From a virus (Duplodnaviria; Caudoviricetes), in the IMG/VR virus record IMGVR_UViG_3300023106_000014, positions 1 to 49,000 of that record: 49,000 bases of DNA, one strand, 5' to 3'. Positions within the stretch are counted from its first letter, which is position 1. Every line of letters begins with the position of its first letter. The position numbers and the translations under genes were made by a program. The notes under the pieces are model-generated. The model worked only from the letters and a program-made list of their open reading frames with translations. It did not search any database and was not told the origin of the DNA. Below are positions 10,031 to 19,005 of the stretch, one piece after another.

Positions 10031-10091
10031 TTGTATTGCGCAATACAAAATTCGATTGGTATTTCTAAAACTTTGTATTGCACAATACAAA
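10031..10091. promoter_or_regulatory. Pair of 18-20 bp palindromic operators upstream of sprT
   Basis: TTGTATTGCGCAATACAA (10031-10048) and TTTGTATTGCACAATACAAA (10072-10091). Confidence 0.75.
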
Positions 10092-10195
10092 GTTTGAGAG
10101 GCCTGAGCTGGAATGATGGTGAAGAGCGCCGACGGCTCACTTCTTACATGCCGCGCCAGTCCAGCGGCGAGGCCTGCCATGCGGTTGCATGAAGG

Positions 10196-10522
10196 TTAGT
10201 GGCCGCGAATGTCGCCCGACATCGAGCTGACGCCGCCGGCCACCTTGCCGCACACGACATCGCCCGACATGGTCTTGATGGAGCCGGCGACGTCGCCGCA
10301 GTTGATATCACCGGACATCGTGGTGACCTTGCCCGCGCCGCCGATGATCGTCATGGACGCGCACTCGTCGACGTCGATCGCGTCGACGTGGCCCACCACC
10401 TCGACACGGATGTCCTTGGCCGCCGGCGTGACGTCGGCGCCGTCGACCGCCACGCGGCCGCCCTTGATCTTGATGCTGCGCCCAGTGATGTGCACGCCGT
10501 TGATGTTGATCGACGCGGTCAT
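10196..10522 (-). CDS. Phage hypothetical protein with short beta-repeat (xMSGD.xC repeats)
   Basis: ORF with TMSGDINC/TMSGDVVC/SMSGDI repeats; ATGA overlap with upstream gene. Confidence 0.75.
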   Translation of the reverse strand: MTASININGVHITGRSIKIKGGRVAVDGADVTPAAKDIRVEVVGHVDAIDVDECASMTIIGGAGKVTTMSGDINCGDVAGSIKTMSGDVVCGKVAGGVSSMSGDIRGH

Positions 10523-10809
10523 GCGGCGGCCTTCGCCGGTTCCTTTTTGGCGCGGAAGTCGCCGACCACGTTGCCGTCAGCGTCGAAATAAACCGTCTCC
10601 CACGTCGGGTGGCAGTTCTGAGCCCGCTTGCCGTACTTTGCCTGGTTGGCGAACACGACGTCGAGGTTGCCCGAGCTGTTCATGCCTTGGATCGTGCCCC
10701 GGTCGTCGTTGACCTCGATCGTCATACCGATGCGCGGGAAGTCGAGTCCGCGCGCGCGCAGGATATCGTCGGCGAATTGGTCGGCCTTGCTCAATTTTTT
10801 CATGTTCAT
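10519..10809 (-). CDS. Phage hypothetical protein
   Basis: ORF with GGAG RBS, coupled to the next gene, GC3 bias. Confidence 0.75.
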   Translation of the reverse strand: MNMKKLSKADQFADDILRARGLDFPRIGMTIEVNDDRGTIQGMNSSGNLDVVFANQAKYGKRAQNCHPTWETVYFDADGNVVGDFRAKKEPAKAAA

Positions 10810-10853
10810 GTTTCATTCACTCCGTTAGTCGTTGTTGGTTGTCGATGATTCGG

Positions 10854-11141
10854 TCAGAAGGCAGCGCGCGGCGCCGGCAGCGGGGTGGCGGTGATCGCCT
10901 CGTCGGTCGATTCCTTCCAGTACAGCGCGCCGCACTCGGGACAGGTGGCGCCGGTGTCCCATCGCTCGCCCGGTCCGGCGGCGATGCCGTCGACGGTCGC
11001 GCCGCAGCACGGCACGCGGTACTGCAGTATCAGGCGTCCGGCCGCGCGCACGCGGGCGATGAAGGCGAGGTGACGTTGCTTCAGTTCGGACGGCGTGGTT
11101 TGCATTAGTTCCCGCCCTGTTGTCTTGTCCTCAATCCGCAT
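10854..11141 (-). CDS. Small Cys-rich (putative Zn-binding) hypothetical protein
   Basis: PCCG and CPECG motifs; start at 11141 or 11105. Confidence 0.65.
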   Translation of the reverse strand: MRIEDKTTGRELMQTTPSELKQRHLAFIARVRAAGRLILQYRVPCCGATVDGIAAGPGERWDTGATCPECGALYWKESTDEAITATPLPAPRAAF

Positions 11142-11832
11142 CGACGGCCTCCTGCGCGACCTGCCTCGCCTTGACCTTGAATGCGTCGTAACGCGCCACG
11201 CCCCAGGCCAGCGCTTCGCAGCACCACAGGAAACGGAAGCTGTATTCAGTGACGTCAACCTCGTAAAAGTCTGAAAATTGAAACTCCGCTTCGGGACCGA
11301 ACATGACCTGCCATGCCGAGCCGTTATGTTCAAAGTCGTTCACCGCATCGTACGCGCGGACCTCGTTGTCGTCACAATTGAGCACGTTCTTTTCAACAGC
11401 TTCTAGCAATTCGGCGTAGGCGGACGCATGCTGCGCCAGCGCTTCCGCGTCTTCCGGATCCGGCAGGTTTTGCTCTTTACTTTGCGCGACCCAGTCCCGG
11501 ATCTCGGCCTTGAACTTTTCAAGACTGAATTGCTTGACGCCGGTCCGGTCGGAGGCTTCAACCTTCTCCGCCCAGTACTGCGGGTTGACGCGGTAGGATT
11601 GATCGCGCTGACGGAAGAATTCGAACATGTCTAGATCACGATTGAATACATAGGCGCCCATGTCGCCGGTATAGGCTAGAAAGCCCGGCCAGGTGACCAA
11701 ATCAAAATACATCGAGGTGGAGTTGGGCTGTTTAAATCGCAGATGGCGGTACACGCCGTCGTCGCGCAGAAGATGCAGATTGTGTTTCGCGACATCGCGC
11801 AGAAAGCGCTCTTTTATTTGTTCGGTATTCAT
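11131..11832 (-). CDS. Conserved phage hypothetical protein
   Basis: 233-aa ORF with RDDGVYRHLRF/FDLVTWPG/TGDMG motifs typical of a phage family. Confidence 0.8.
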   Translation of the reverse strand: MNTEQIKERFLRDVAKHNLHLLRDDGVYRHLRFKQPNSTSMYFDLVTWPGFLAYTGDMGAYVFNRDLDMFEFFRQRDQSYRVNPQYWAEKVEASDRTGVKQFSLEKFKAEIRDWVAQSKEQNLPDPEDAEALAQHASAYAELLEAVEKNVLNCDDNEVRAYDAVNDFEHNGSAWQVMFGPEAEFQFSDFYEVDVTEYSFRFLWCCEALAWGVARYDAFKVKARQVAQEAVDAD

Positions 11833-11896
11833 TTGTTTGATCAGGTTTTAAATGGTGTCGTTCGGTGACATCGGGCATTGCAGTGCCGGGTATCGA

Positions 11897-12253
11897 TTAT
11901 TTTGCGGCGGCGACATAGCCCGGAATTTCCAGAGACGGCAGCGCCGCGCCGGCGGCCAGCGCGCCCGCCACCCACTTCGGTTGACGGCCGCGACCGGTCC
12001 ATTCCTGCGTGGCATCGGTGGGGTTGCGATAGCGCATCGCCACTTTCGGCTGTTGCGCTTTCGGCTTGCCCACCAGTTCGGCGACCGTAACGCCCAGATC
12101 CTGCGCGATCGCGTGGATTTTCGCGCGCGCCGCCGCGACGTCGCCCGCCTCGCGCTTTTTCAATTCCACCGTCACCGCCTCCACAAGGGCGCGCAGCTCC
12201 GGGCTGCTGTACTGGATCAAGAACGCGGCGTCGAATTTCGTGGTGCTGGTCAT
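11897..12253 (-). CDS. hns: H-NS family nucleoid-associated protein
   Basis: YRNP..EWTGRGRQPKWV DNA-binding signature, N-terminal coiled coil, GGAGAGG RBS. Confidence 0.92.
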   Translation of the reverse strand: MTSTTKFDAAFLIQYSSPELRALVEAVTVELKKREAGDVAAARAKIHAIAQDLGVTVAELVGKPKAQQPKVAMRYRNPTDATQEWTGRGRQPKWVAGALAAGAALPSLEIPGYVAAAK

Positions 12254-12291
12254 ATAAACCTCTCCAAAATATTTAAGTTTTTCAAAGGAAC

Positions 12292-12338
12292 TACAACAAA
12301 ACGTTGCAAGTATAGGCGCATTTAAATGACTGCGTCAA
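12292..12338 (-). promoter_or_regulatory. Sigma70 promoter of hns operon with putative CI-type operator over the start site
   Basis: Minus-strand TTGACG-18nt-TATACT (12338-12309); TACAAC-N5-GTTGCA at 12292-12308. Confidence 0.6.
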
Positions 12339-12391
12339 AGGCTATTTAAATGCGATTTAAATACGGAAGGAAAAAGTTATTGCGGCGGGAC

Positions 12392-12607
12392 TTACTGCGG
12401 TGCGCTGCTGAGCTGCGCGGACTGGATCGCGCGGGCGGCCAGCAGTTGGGCGCGCTGCGCCTTGATCGCGGCGGCGGCGGCGCGCAGCATTTCAAATCTT
12501 GCGATCATCGCGGCTTGTTCGGCGGCCGGCAGCGCCTGGAAGGCGGCGCGCTTTTCGGCAAGGGTGGCGTCCGGCGCGCCGGCGCCGGTGAAGTGGATCA
12601 TGGTCAT
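12392..12607 (-). CDS. Small Ala-rich hypothetical protein
   Basis: 71-aa ORF with GGAG RBS. Confidence 0.6.
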   Translation of the reverse strand: MTMIHFTGAGAPDATLAEKRAAFQALPAAEQAAMIARFEMLRAAAAAIKAQRAQLLAARAIQSAQLSSAPQ

Positions 12608-12673
12608 AAGGCTCCGTAAAAGTGCATTGTCACGGCAACATTTTAGCAGGACGGCCGGCGCCGTTGGGGTCGA

Positions 12674-13327
12674 TTAATACGGGCCGCCGCGTCGCGGATC
12701 GGCGCCGTAGGCATGCGCGCTGGAGCGCCCGCCGGCGGCCTGGCGGATGCCGCGCACCAGCACGCGGGCGATCTCGGGGGCGATACATTCCTCCAGATCT
12801 TCGTCGCTCATGTCGCGGAGGGCCCGGTCGCTAATCGCGTAGCCGGCCTGGCCATCGCCCAGCTGGACGCGCACATGGACGCGCCCCTCGAAGCTCTCGT
12901 GCACCGCTTTCAGCCCCAGCAGGCTCATAGCCTCGTGGATATCACGCACGTGCGAGATCTTTCCCGTGCGGCCACTGTCCGGCATATGGTCGTTCCAGTG
13001 GCTCAGAGGCAAATCGAAGCGACCGGTTTTTTCAGCTTGGTACGACCGCGACGCCAGCGCCAGTTGGGTGGGGATGCGGTGCGCGATGCAGTATTTGCTC
13101 ACCATGCCCACCAAGCGCCGTGCCGACTCCAGCAGGTCGCCATCGTCGGCGCGCAGTCGCTCCGTTTGCCGCACCTGGTCGACGGCTGTCGCCGCGCGCG
13201 CGTCGGCGGCGTGGCTACGCTGGCGCGTGCGCTCGACGGTGGCGCTCAGGCCGTCCAACGTGCGCTTCAACCGCGCCATGTTGGCCTTGCGTGCGGCGCG
13301 GCTGTGGGTCTTCGCGTTGCGGCTCAT
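12674..13327 (-). CDS. Hypothetical protein
   Basis: Start MSRNAK with GGAGGG RBS and ATGA overlap. Confidence 0.7.
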   Translation of the reverse strand: MSRNAKTHSRAARKANMARLKRTLDGLSATVERTRQRSHAADARAATAVDQVRQTERLRADDGDLLESARRLVGMVSKYCIAHRIPTQLALASRSYQAEKTGRFDLPLSHWNDHMPDSGRTGKISHVRDIHEAMSLLGLKAVHESFEGRVHVRVQLGDGQAGYAISDRALRDMSDEDLEECIAPEIARVLVRGIRQAAGGRSSAHAYGADPRRGGPY

Positions 13328-13680
13328 GCCGTGCCCTCCTCTCGCGCCGACGTTTCTGCGGCGGCCGCCTCGGCGCGCAGCAGATCCTGCAGCTGCGGAT
13401 GGAAGGCCATCGCGCACTTGTGTGCCGTATCGACTTGCTCCCAGATGCCGGGATAGGTGCGCTTCAGGACGCCGGCGGCAGCCGCGCGTTGCTTCGCGTC
13501 GGTCACGTGGCCCATCCAGGCGATGGCGGTGAAGGCGATGCGCTCATACAGGCGGGCGCGCTCCGCCGGATCGACCGGGATGCCGGCGGCGCCGGGTAGG
13601 ATCACCGGCGGCGGCGACAGCGATTGGGCGGCGCGCAGCAGCAGCGCGGCAAGGGTTTTCTTCAGGGAGGTCAGGTGCAT
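13324..13680 (-). CDS. Hypothetical protein
   Basis: Start MHLTSL; coupled to downstream gene; upstream repeated promoter motif. Confidence 0.65.
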   Translation of the reverse strand: MHLTSLKKTLAALLLRAAQSLSPPPVILPGAAGIPVDPAERARLYERIAFTAIAWMGHVTDAKQRAAAAGVLKRTYPGIWEQVDTAHKCAMAFHPQLQDLLRAEAAAAETSAREEGTA

Positions 13681-13707
13681 GGTGTCGGCTTGGTTGGGTA
13701 AAGCCGT

Positions 13708-13740
13708 AGTTTCATGCCGGTTTAGAGAAAACTTAGTAAA
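13708..13740 (-). promoter_or_regulatory. Copy A of repeated TTTWCYAAGTTTT-N14-(-10) promoter-like motif
   Basis: TTTACTAAGTTTT + 14 nt + GAAACT on minus strand. Confidence 0.5.
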
Positions 13741-14019
13741 CAGTTCTTGACACCTGGCGCCGTCGGTCGGAAAACCCACCACAAGAAGCAAAACCCGTCG
13801 CGGATCACAATCGTGTTTGACGTGCAGCGATCGTGACGCCGGCGGGCCCGTCCATGGCGCCGATGTCATCGCGTCGACGCGCCAGGCGGCATGTCGTGAC
13901 GCCACACTGATGGCGGCACCAGCGATGGAAAAGAGCGCGGGTCGAATTGTTTTTCGGTCCGCACAATGGATGTATCGATACGGCGCACGGTGCGTCGTCG
14001 ATCAAGCGAAAGGTATCAA

Positions 14020-14163
14020 ATGGACGTTATAGAAAAAGTGCTGAACTTCGGTCCGGCCTTCATGGAGTCGGCGGAGAAGCACCCGTCGGGCGCGGTGTTT
14101 CTCGTCGTGGTGATCTCGCTGCTGGTGGCGCTGGTCGCGGTGGTGGCCGCGCTCAAGAAGTGA
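14020..14163 (+). CDS. 47-aa single-TM membrane protein
   Basis: AAGG RBS; VFLVVVISLLVALVAVVAALKK hydrophobic helix with basic tail. Confidence 0.65.
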   Translation: MDVIEKVLNFGPAFMESAEKHPSGAVFLVVVISLLVALVAVVAALKK

Positions 14164-14210
14164 CGGCGGGCCGGGAGGCCGACCGGCGGGCACCGGTCGG
14201 TGTGAATCTG

Positions 14211-14702
14211 CTAGCGGCGCGTCGACGAAGGCGTCGAATAGCGCACGGTGGTGCTGGTGCTCTTGTAGACCGAAGGCTGGCGATAGCTCGCCGTGGCGAC
14301 GGGACGGGTCGACCACGCGGACTTGGCCAGCGGCGCGGGCGCGCGCGGCGGCGCCCGGACGATGGTGGTCTTGTGAATCACGGTCTTGGTGACGGTGGCC
14401 GACGACACCGGCGCGGGCGCGACGACGGGCTGGCGGTTGGCGGTCAGCGCGTGCGTGGCCAGGCCGCCGATAGCCGCGCCCAGCAGCACGTCGCCGGCGC
14501 CGCCGTGCGGCGCTGCCTGCTGGACGATGACGGGCGCGGGCGCGGCGGCGTAGGCGACGGATACGGGCGCCGGCGCGGGCGCGTACGCCACCGGCGGGCG
14601 CGGATTGCAGGAGGCGACGGCGATGGCGATGCCCAGCGCGGCGACGGCGATCGAGGTCAGTGCAAGGAAGCGATAGGGGCTGGCGTGCAGGGATTTGAAC
14701 AT
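14211..14702 (-). CDS. Pro/Ala/Thr-rich exported or lipoprotein-like protein
   Basis: Hydrophobic N-terminus ending in VASC lipobox-like motif; Gly-zipper-like LLGAAIGGLA. Confidence 0.6.
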   Translation of the reverse strand: MFKSLHASPYRFLALTSIAVAALGIAIAVASCNPRPPVAYAPAPAPVSVAYAAAPAPVIVQQAAPHGGAGDVLLGAAIGGLATHALTANRQPVVAPAPVSSATVTKTVIHKTTIVRAPPRAPAPLAKSAWSTRPVATASYRQPSVYKSTSTTVRYSTPSSTRR

Positions 14703-14736
14703 GGTGTGCTTTCTAAAATGATGGGTGATGCGGGGT

Positions 14737-15039
14737 TCAGCGCGTGAGCAGGGTCGCCGCGATCGAGGACAGCAGGCAAGCGGCCAGCAGCGCGTCGGAG
14801 ATGAAGGTCAGGCGGCGCAGCTTGCCGAGCACCGCGATACGGCGCGTATATGCCTCGTAGGCATCGATCGCGGTCTGGTCGCGATCGTGGTCGCCCGTCA
14901 GCTCCGGCGGCGCATTGCGCGCGAGACGGGCGCGGGGCGCGTCATCGCCGACCTGGTCGGTGACGCCGCGAGATGCCGCCTGATCGGCGTGCTGGGCGGG
15001 AAACTTGAGATCGGCGGTAGTTACCTGGGGATAGATCAT
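14737..15039 (-). CDS. Hypothetical protein with C-terminal TM helix
   Basis: TAAGGA RBS before MIYPQV. Confidence 0.65.
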   Translation of the reverse strand: MIYPQVTTADLKFPAQHADQAASRGVTDQVGDDAPRARLARNAPPELTGDHDRDQTAIDAYEAYTRRIAVLGKLRRLTFISDALLAACLLSSIAATLLTR

Positions 15040-15067
15040 GGTGGTCCTTATGGTGGGTAAGGACGCC

Positions 15068-15100
15068 ATTGTTGAGCTGTTTTCCGCAAAACTTAGAAAA
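15068..15100 (-). promoter_or_regulatory. Copy B of repeated promoter-like motif
   Basis: TTTTCTAAGTTTT + 14 nt + AACAAT on minus strand. Confidence 0.5.
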
Positions 15101-15158
15101 TGGGGAAGCGCACGCGCGGCGCGCCCGGAGTGTGCCGGAGTGCGCCGCGCCAATAGGG

Positions 15159-15485
15159 CTAGCGGCCCGCCGCCATGCTCCCGGCCTTAAGGATATTCAG
15201 GCTTTCGTCCTCGCCTGAATGCTCCAAGCTTGCACCAGTAATCAAGACGAACATGTGCAGCGTGTTCAAGTGCGCGGAAGGCAGGCGCAATGGAGTAATG
15301 GCGATGCCCAAATCATGATAGGCATTGACCAAGGTCTGGATGATGGGCTTCGCGAAAGCCGCATCGCCACGCAAGTGAATGACACTCGCGACACCGCCAA
15401 CGTAGTTCTCAAAGTGATGTTCAAATTGGTCGACATATTCCTGGGCGGCCAGGCGCCGGGTATGATCGTTGATATCGATGCTCAT
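15159..15485 (-). CDS. Hypothetical protein
   Basis: Start MSIDIN with AAAGG RBS; lower GC. Confidence 0.6.
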   Translation of the reverse strand: MSIDINDHTRRLAAQEYVDQFEHHFENYVGGVASVIHLRGDAAFAKPIIQTLVNAYHDLGIAITPLRLPSAHLNTLHMFVLITGASLEHSGEDESLNILKAGSMAAGR

Positions 15486-15573
15486 AAATGCCTTTGACAT
15501 GAAGGATTGAAAGCCAGCGGCGAGAACGCCATCCGGATAAGGCCCGCCAGTATGGCGAGAGGTGGTCGTAAAA

Positions 15574-16098
15574 TTAATCGTCGGACGGCGAGCGGGTGGA
15601 CATGATCTCGTTGTATTGCTGCAGGTCCAGCGATTGCGACTTGCCCATCTCATCCCAACGGGCCAACATGCGACTATATCGTGGCGCCATCGCGCCATGC
15701 GCGCCTTTGAGATTCTCTCCCAGCACATCAGTGTAGAGGTGGGCAGCATGCAATGCGCGGCTGTAGCTCAGCCATTCCATCTCGCTGTTGGTGTCGAAGC
15801 CCGGCCACAACGGATAGGTCACTACGTCCGTTCGATCGCCAGACAATTCGGCATGGCTTTGCTTCAGTGCGCCATACATCGCCAGCACGTCGACCAACCA
15901 CGCGGTCTGGTCTGCGGTGAATTCCGGCTGCACCTGCTGCAGGATGCCGCGATAGAGGTAAGCGTGACCTTGCCTGAGATTATCGGCCAAGGCGTCGTAG
16001 TGTTCTTGCGCGGCCAGGTCGGCACCGCTGACAGCGGCCAGAATCTCGTACTGGTTGGAGAGGATCAGGCGCTCGGTATCGGTCAATTTTATAGTCAT
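15574..16098 (-). CDS. yfbU: YfbU family protein (UPF0304)
   Basis: LTDTERLILSNQYEIL N-terminal signature, VDVLAMY, PGFD.N.E, YSRML..W. Confidence 0.85.
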   Translation of the reverse strand: MTIKLTDTERLILSNQYEILAAVSGADLAAQEHYDALADNLRQGHAYLYRGILQQVQPEFTADQTAWLVDVLAMYGALKQSHAELSGDRTDVVTYPLWPGFDTNSEMEWLSYSRALHAAHLYTDVLGENLKGAHGAMAPRYSRMLARWDEMGKSQSLDLQQYNEIMSTRSPSDD

Positions 16099-16310
16099 CG
16101 TTCAATTCCCTGTACGTTATGGAAACATCCACGTGCGACTGATCGCCCGGTTTGCAAGTGGGTTAATGATAATTAATTTGCATCATGCTTTGATGTTTTC
16201 ATGCGCCCTACTCCGGCGTGAACGTCTGATTAGTCCCCTAATCGGACGTTGATGATTAATCACCAAAATGAGCGTATGATTTACGAATCGCCAACACTTA
16301 CGGGAAAGCC

Positions 16311-16772
16311 ATGAGCCTGCAAGACGACAAGGAATACCGCGCCGTACTGGAACTGCTGGACGGCACCGGCGCCGCCATATCACTGGTGAACAAACTGGGA
16401 AAGCTGGCCATCAGCGGCAACGATTCCACGGTAAAAATCGCAGCAGGACAGATCGCCGCTCAAATCCGGATTGTCGGCCAATGGCATGACAGTAAGAAGT
16501 TCCGCGTGCTTACCAGCATTGGATGGGATCACTACGCCGCCACCACAGGCTTCGCGGAATACAAAACATGGGTTTTGTCTTTACAAAAATACTGCATCGA
16601 TGCCATCGCCACACAACGGCCTCAGTGGCAAGTCATCGCTACCGCGAACGGTTGGCATCCAGCCCCTCCCCCCCGGCCGTCGGAAACGCCACTCGTTGGA
16701 GAACTAGCCGCCGACCGACGACTGGCCGCTTCAGAGGTATTCAAGCGCCCCGCCCCCGCCTTCAAGCCCTAA
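16311..16772 (+). CDS. Hypothetical protein
   Basis: 153-aa ORF, divergent from yfbU. Confidence 0.65.
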   Translation: MSLQDDKEYRAVLELLDGTGAAISLVNKLGKLAISGNDSTVKIAAGQIAAQIRIVGQWHDSKKFRVLTSIGWDHYAATTGFAEYKTWVLSLQKYCIDAIATQRPQWQVIATANGWHPAPPPRPSETPLVGELAADRRLAASEVFKRPAPAFKP

Positions 16773-16799
16773 GTCCCTCCCGTCGCAAAAGGAAGCAAC

Positions 16800-17195
16800 A
16801 TGACCGATCTCATGCAACAACAGCACCCCGACGTGGCCGCCCTGCGCCGCCTATTCAACATCGCCAACGATCACTCTGGGCAATGTCGCTACGTCGCGAG
16901 ATTTCTATTGGGACTTTACAACGGCCAGCGCTTCCCATTCGACCTCACCGATATGCGCTGCGTTGACTCCGCAATCTTCGACGATATGATGATCGTCTTG
17001 CGAATGAATAAGCAGCCGTCACGCGAGGTGCACACCTATTTCGATAACGGAGGCGATCGCTTCGAAGCATTAGCCCACCTCTGGCGTATCCCAGACCGCG
17101 AACGCCTGCATCTCATACTTAAGCACGCCAACCTAGAAAACGATGCGCAGCTGCGGAAAGAGCGCGACGATTACGTGAGAGCAGATATTTACTAG
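16800..17195 (+). CDS. Conserved mobile-element hypothetical protein
   Basis: SGQCRYVARFLLGLYNG.RFPFDLTD motif familiar from ICE/plasmid proteins; AAGGAAG RBS. Confidence 0.8.
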   Translation: MTDLMQQQHPDVAALRRLFNIANDHSGQCRYVARFLLGLYNGQRFPFDLTDMRCVDSAIFDDMMIVLRMNKQPSREVHTYFDNGGDRFEALAHLWRIPDRERLHLILKHANLENDAQLRKERDDYVRADIY

Positions 17196-17226
17196 CTCCG
17201 GCCCTCAACTCCCTTTATCATTTTCC

Positions 17227-17679
17227 ATGCATATCGACACCACCAGCGTAGCCACCGTCGACATCGACGCCAGTATCTCGCGCGCGTATTCCAGCACCCT
17301 TTCCAAGCTCGACCGCGATCTGACGCGTCGACACTTGGAATTCGTTCTGCCATTACATCGACAACCTAACACTCATATTGAACTCATCCGGCGCGCGCTT
17401 GCAGCATTAAGGGAAAGCGAAACAGCCGGGTGGCACACACGTCCCTTGGGAGTTGTAGCAATCACCGTTGCAAGTTCATTGATCGTTGGCTTCCTACTCT
17501 ATCTGTTCGGCTGGACCGGTCAATATCAATGGGGCCCTGCGGCCAAGACGTCAACCAATGATGCGCCGCCCACACAGCCCGCACAGTCCGCGCTCCCCGC
17601 CCCAGTCCCTGGCACGGTCGCAATCATCGTAGACACTAGAGCCACCGCCGCCAAACCGTCTGCAACGCCTGCAAAATAA
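17227..17679 (+). CDS. Hypothetical membrane protein
   Basis: 150-aa ORF with one TM helix. Confidence 0.55.
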   Translation: MHIDTTSVATVDIDASISRAYSSTLSKLDRDLTRRHLEFVLPLHRQPNTHIELIRRALAALRESETAGWHTRPLGVVAITVASSLIVGFLLYLFGWTGQYQWGPAAKTSTNDAPPTQPAQSALPAPVPGTVAIIVDTRATAAKPSATPAK

Positions 17680-17703
17680 ACGACTGAAGCGCCCTGCCCC
17701 GCC

Positions 17704-18858
17704 ATGGTCAACGCTATCAAACCATTCGGCCTCCCAGTTCCGGCGCATCGCCCAGCGACGGCCGAAGCCTCTGCCCTACTCCCTGGAGCGCTCACCAACG
17801 CGGACACCGACCAGCAGCTGATCGCGCTGTGGCTACGGCGCCCCAACCTCTCAGCCGACACCCACCGCGCCGGCGCCAAGGAAGCCAGCCGTTTCCTGAT
17901 GTGGTGTTCCACGTTAAACATCGGCCTACGCGACGTCCGCTACGAGCACCTGATCGCCTACAGCGAATTCATCGCCGATCCGCAACCGGCCGACCAGTGG
18001 GTGTCGGCCGTCAAATACCCCCGCGCCGATCCACGCTGGCGGCCGTTCAGTGGCAAGCTCGGCGCTCGATCGCAGCTGCAGGCGTTGATTGTTCTCAAGG
18101 GGCTGTTCCGGTGGGCAAAGTCCGCGGACTATCTGCGCGCGGATCCCGCCCAGTTGCTCGGCCGCCTGTCACCGGATCTGCCAAAGACGGTCGAGCGGTT
18201 CCTTCCGCAGGCCGCCATTCCCTACCTGATCCAGGCGGTCGACGCGCTGCCGGCTGACAAGCCGACGCAACTCCTGCGGCGGAGCCGTGCGCGGTTCGCC
18301 ATCATCGCCTACTACACGACGGCCGCGCGGTTGCGCGAGCTGGTGACCGCGCACATGGTCAGTTTTCGGTTAGACGACGGCGGCCGCTGGTGGCTACATC
18401 TGATGGGGAAGGGGAGCAGGGCGGGCAAGGTGCCAGTCCCACATGACCTCGTCGAGGAACTAAAGAAGTATCGCCGCGCATTCGGCCTGTCGCCGCTTCC
18501 CCATCCAAGCGAGAAGACGCCGCTGCTGTTGTCCACACGCGGCCCCCAACGGCCCGTGTCGAGCCGCGTCGTCGCCCGCAACGTGAATCTGGTTTTCAAG
18601 CACGCCGCCAAATTGGCAGAGGAGGGCGGCGATGTTCACTTGGCCGACCGCATTGCCAGGGCCTCAACCCACTGGTTGCGCCATTCGCAATTGACACACC
18701 AAGCCGACGCTGGCATACCTTTAAAAACAATCCAGTTGAACGGTCGTCACGCCGATATTAGTACCTCCGGCATCTACCAGCACAAAGAAGACGAGAATCG
18801 ACATGCTGAAACAACCAGTTCAACCTTAGCGCTATACAGAATTATTCCCCGCGAATAA
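17704..18858 (+). CDS. Tyrosine recombinase (likely plasmid multimer resolvase)
   Basis: AARLREL (R), GKG (K), HWLRH, GRHADISTSGIY catalytic residues; adjacent to repA. Confidence 0.9.
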   Translation: MVNAIKPFGLPVPAHRPATAEASALLPGALTNADTDQQLIALWLRRPNLSADTHRAGAKEASRFLMWCSTLNIGLRDVRYEHLIAYSEFIADPQPADQWVSAVKYPRADPRWRPFSGKLGARSQLQALIVLKGLFRWAKSADYLRADPAQLLGRLSPDLPKTVERFLPQAAIPYLIQAVDALPADKPTQLLRRSRARFAIIAYYTTAARLRELVTAHMVSFRLDDGGRWWLHLMGKGSRAGKVPVPHDLVEELKKYRRAFGLSPLPHPSEKTPLLLSTRGPQRPVSSRVVARNVNLVFKHAAKLAEEGGDVHLADRIARASTHWLRHSQLTHQADAGIPLKTIQLNGRHADISTSGIYQHKEDENRHAETTSSTLALYRIIPRE

Positions 18859-18886
18859 TTCATAACTCATTGATTTTAAAAGGAAT
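18841..18886. promoter_or_regulatory. Palindrome + IHF site module, copy 1 (candidate parS or recombination site)
   Basis: ATTATTCCCCGCGAATAAT, IHF consensus AATCAAtgagTTA (minus, 18863-18875), GGAAT at 18882. Confidence 0.6.
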
Positions 18887-19005
18887 GCAATCAAACGAAA
18901 AAATTTAGCGTGCGGGGATGCATGGGCTCCGCCCATACCCGCCCTGCCGGGGGCTTCCTACAGCGCAAAATGTTAAAAATTCCTCTTATAACAAATCCCG
19001 CAACC

